64,000 bases of DNA from an uncultured Bifidobacteriaceae bacterium (GTDB lineage: Bacteria; Acidobacteriota; Vicinamibacteria; Vicinamibacterales; UBA2999): positions 31,447 to 95,446 of the forward strand of contig CAZHTD010000004.1 in NCBI GenBank assembly GCA_964535675.1, written 5' to 3'. Within the stretch, counting starts at the first letter, position 1. Each line of letters opens with the position of its first letter. Under the pieces are notes generated by a model. That model searched no databases. It was not told the origin of the DNA and worked only from the letters and a program-made list of their open reading frames with translations. Below are positions 63,608-64,000 of the stretch, one piece after another. The position numbers were made by a program, and so were the translations under genes.

Positions 63608-64000
63608 GCGACCACGGAGCACCGCTGCTGGCGGTGCGCGGCCTCTCGACCGAGTTCCGCACCGACGAGGGCACCGTCCGCGCGGTGAACGGCGTGTCGC
63701 TGGAGCTGCCGCGGGGGCGCACGCTCGGCATCGTGGGCGAGTCTGGATCGGGCAAGTCCGTGACCTCGCTCTCGGTCATGCGGCTGATCCCGGACCCGCC
63801 GGGCCGGATCGTCGGCGGGCAGATCGAGTTCGACGGCCGCGACCTCCTGGCGCTCGCCGACGAGGAGATGCGGCGCGTGCGCGGGCGGCGGATCGCGATG
63901 ATCTTCCAGGACCCGATGACCTCGCTCAACCCGTTCATGCGGGTCGCGGACCAGCTGACCGAGGTGACACGCCTCCATCTGGGCCATTCAGCGCCGCAGG
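63604..64000 (+). CDS. oligopeptide ABC transporter ATP-binding protein (OppD-like), 3' truncated by the window end
   Basis: ATG 63604 in an ATGA overlap with the permease stop. [11 protein letters not shown], Walker A GESGSGKS. The frame is open to position 64000. Confidence 0.88.
   Translation, partial: MSDHGAPLLAVRGLSTEFRTDEGTVRAVNGVSLELPRGRTLGIVGESGSGKSVTSLSVMRLIPDPPGRIVGGQIEFDGRDLLALADEEMRRVRGRRIAMIFQDPMTSLNPFMRVADQLTEVTRLHLGHSAPQ

Noticed and set aside
1-64000. CRISPR arrays, tRNA/rRNA genes, integrases, and large direct or inverted repeats
   Set aside because: Scanning the non-coding stretches by eye, I saw no regularly spaced repeats, no T-loop-type GGTTCGAATCC motifs and no rRNA-like sequence. 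This is a visual check only. tRNAscan-SE, Infernal and a repeat finder should be run to confirm it.

Overview
This is a very GC-rich bacterial chromosomal segment. The organism is diderm, judging from outer-membrane (OM) beta-barrels, lipoboxes and Tat/Sec signals, but the taxon cannot be fixed without a database search. About 55 protein-coding genes are supportable. I found no rRNA, tRNA or CRISPR array by eye. Many ORFs in the supplied track are antisense or alternate-frame artefacts, or artificial N-terminal extensions, as expected for high-GC DNA. Gene order: (1) Lhr helicase tail, hemD and an ammonium transporter. (2) A CusRS-like two-component pair, divergent from a heterodimeric ABC exporter that is preceded by a mini-ORF plus an intrinsic terminator. 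(3) A TerB gene and two aldo-keto reductases, then a 1-Cys peroxiredoxin. (4) A Tat-exported PaoABC-like molybdenum hydroxylase operon extended by a membrane cytochrome b. (5) A six-gene MoxR-DUF58-VWA operon (Bat / mxaRSACKL-like layout). (6) An Opp-type peptide ABC operon, an MscS channel and OM proteins. (7) A CDP-alcohol phosphatidyltransferase gene divergent from a four-gene unit (Zn-less MDR, degenerate PTPS-like, GT4, methyltransferase); this is my best candidate for an undescribed pathway. (8) A deoxyhypusine-synthase-like gene. (9) A ~4.5-kb decayed accessory patch with orphan hicB, hicA and IS6 remnants, ybdK and gene fragments. (10) An M3 peptidase. (11) An iodotyrosine-deiodinase homologue, an Nramp-like transporter, a lipoprotein HpcH-like lyase and an aromatic amino-acid decarboxylase. 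(12) A DUF5916/CBM9 protein translationally coupled to an APH+P-loop kinase. (13) A second Opp-type operon that runs off the window. All functional calls come from motif recognition by eye and memory of protein families; no search was run.
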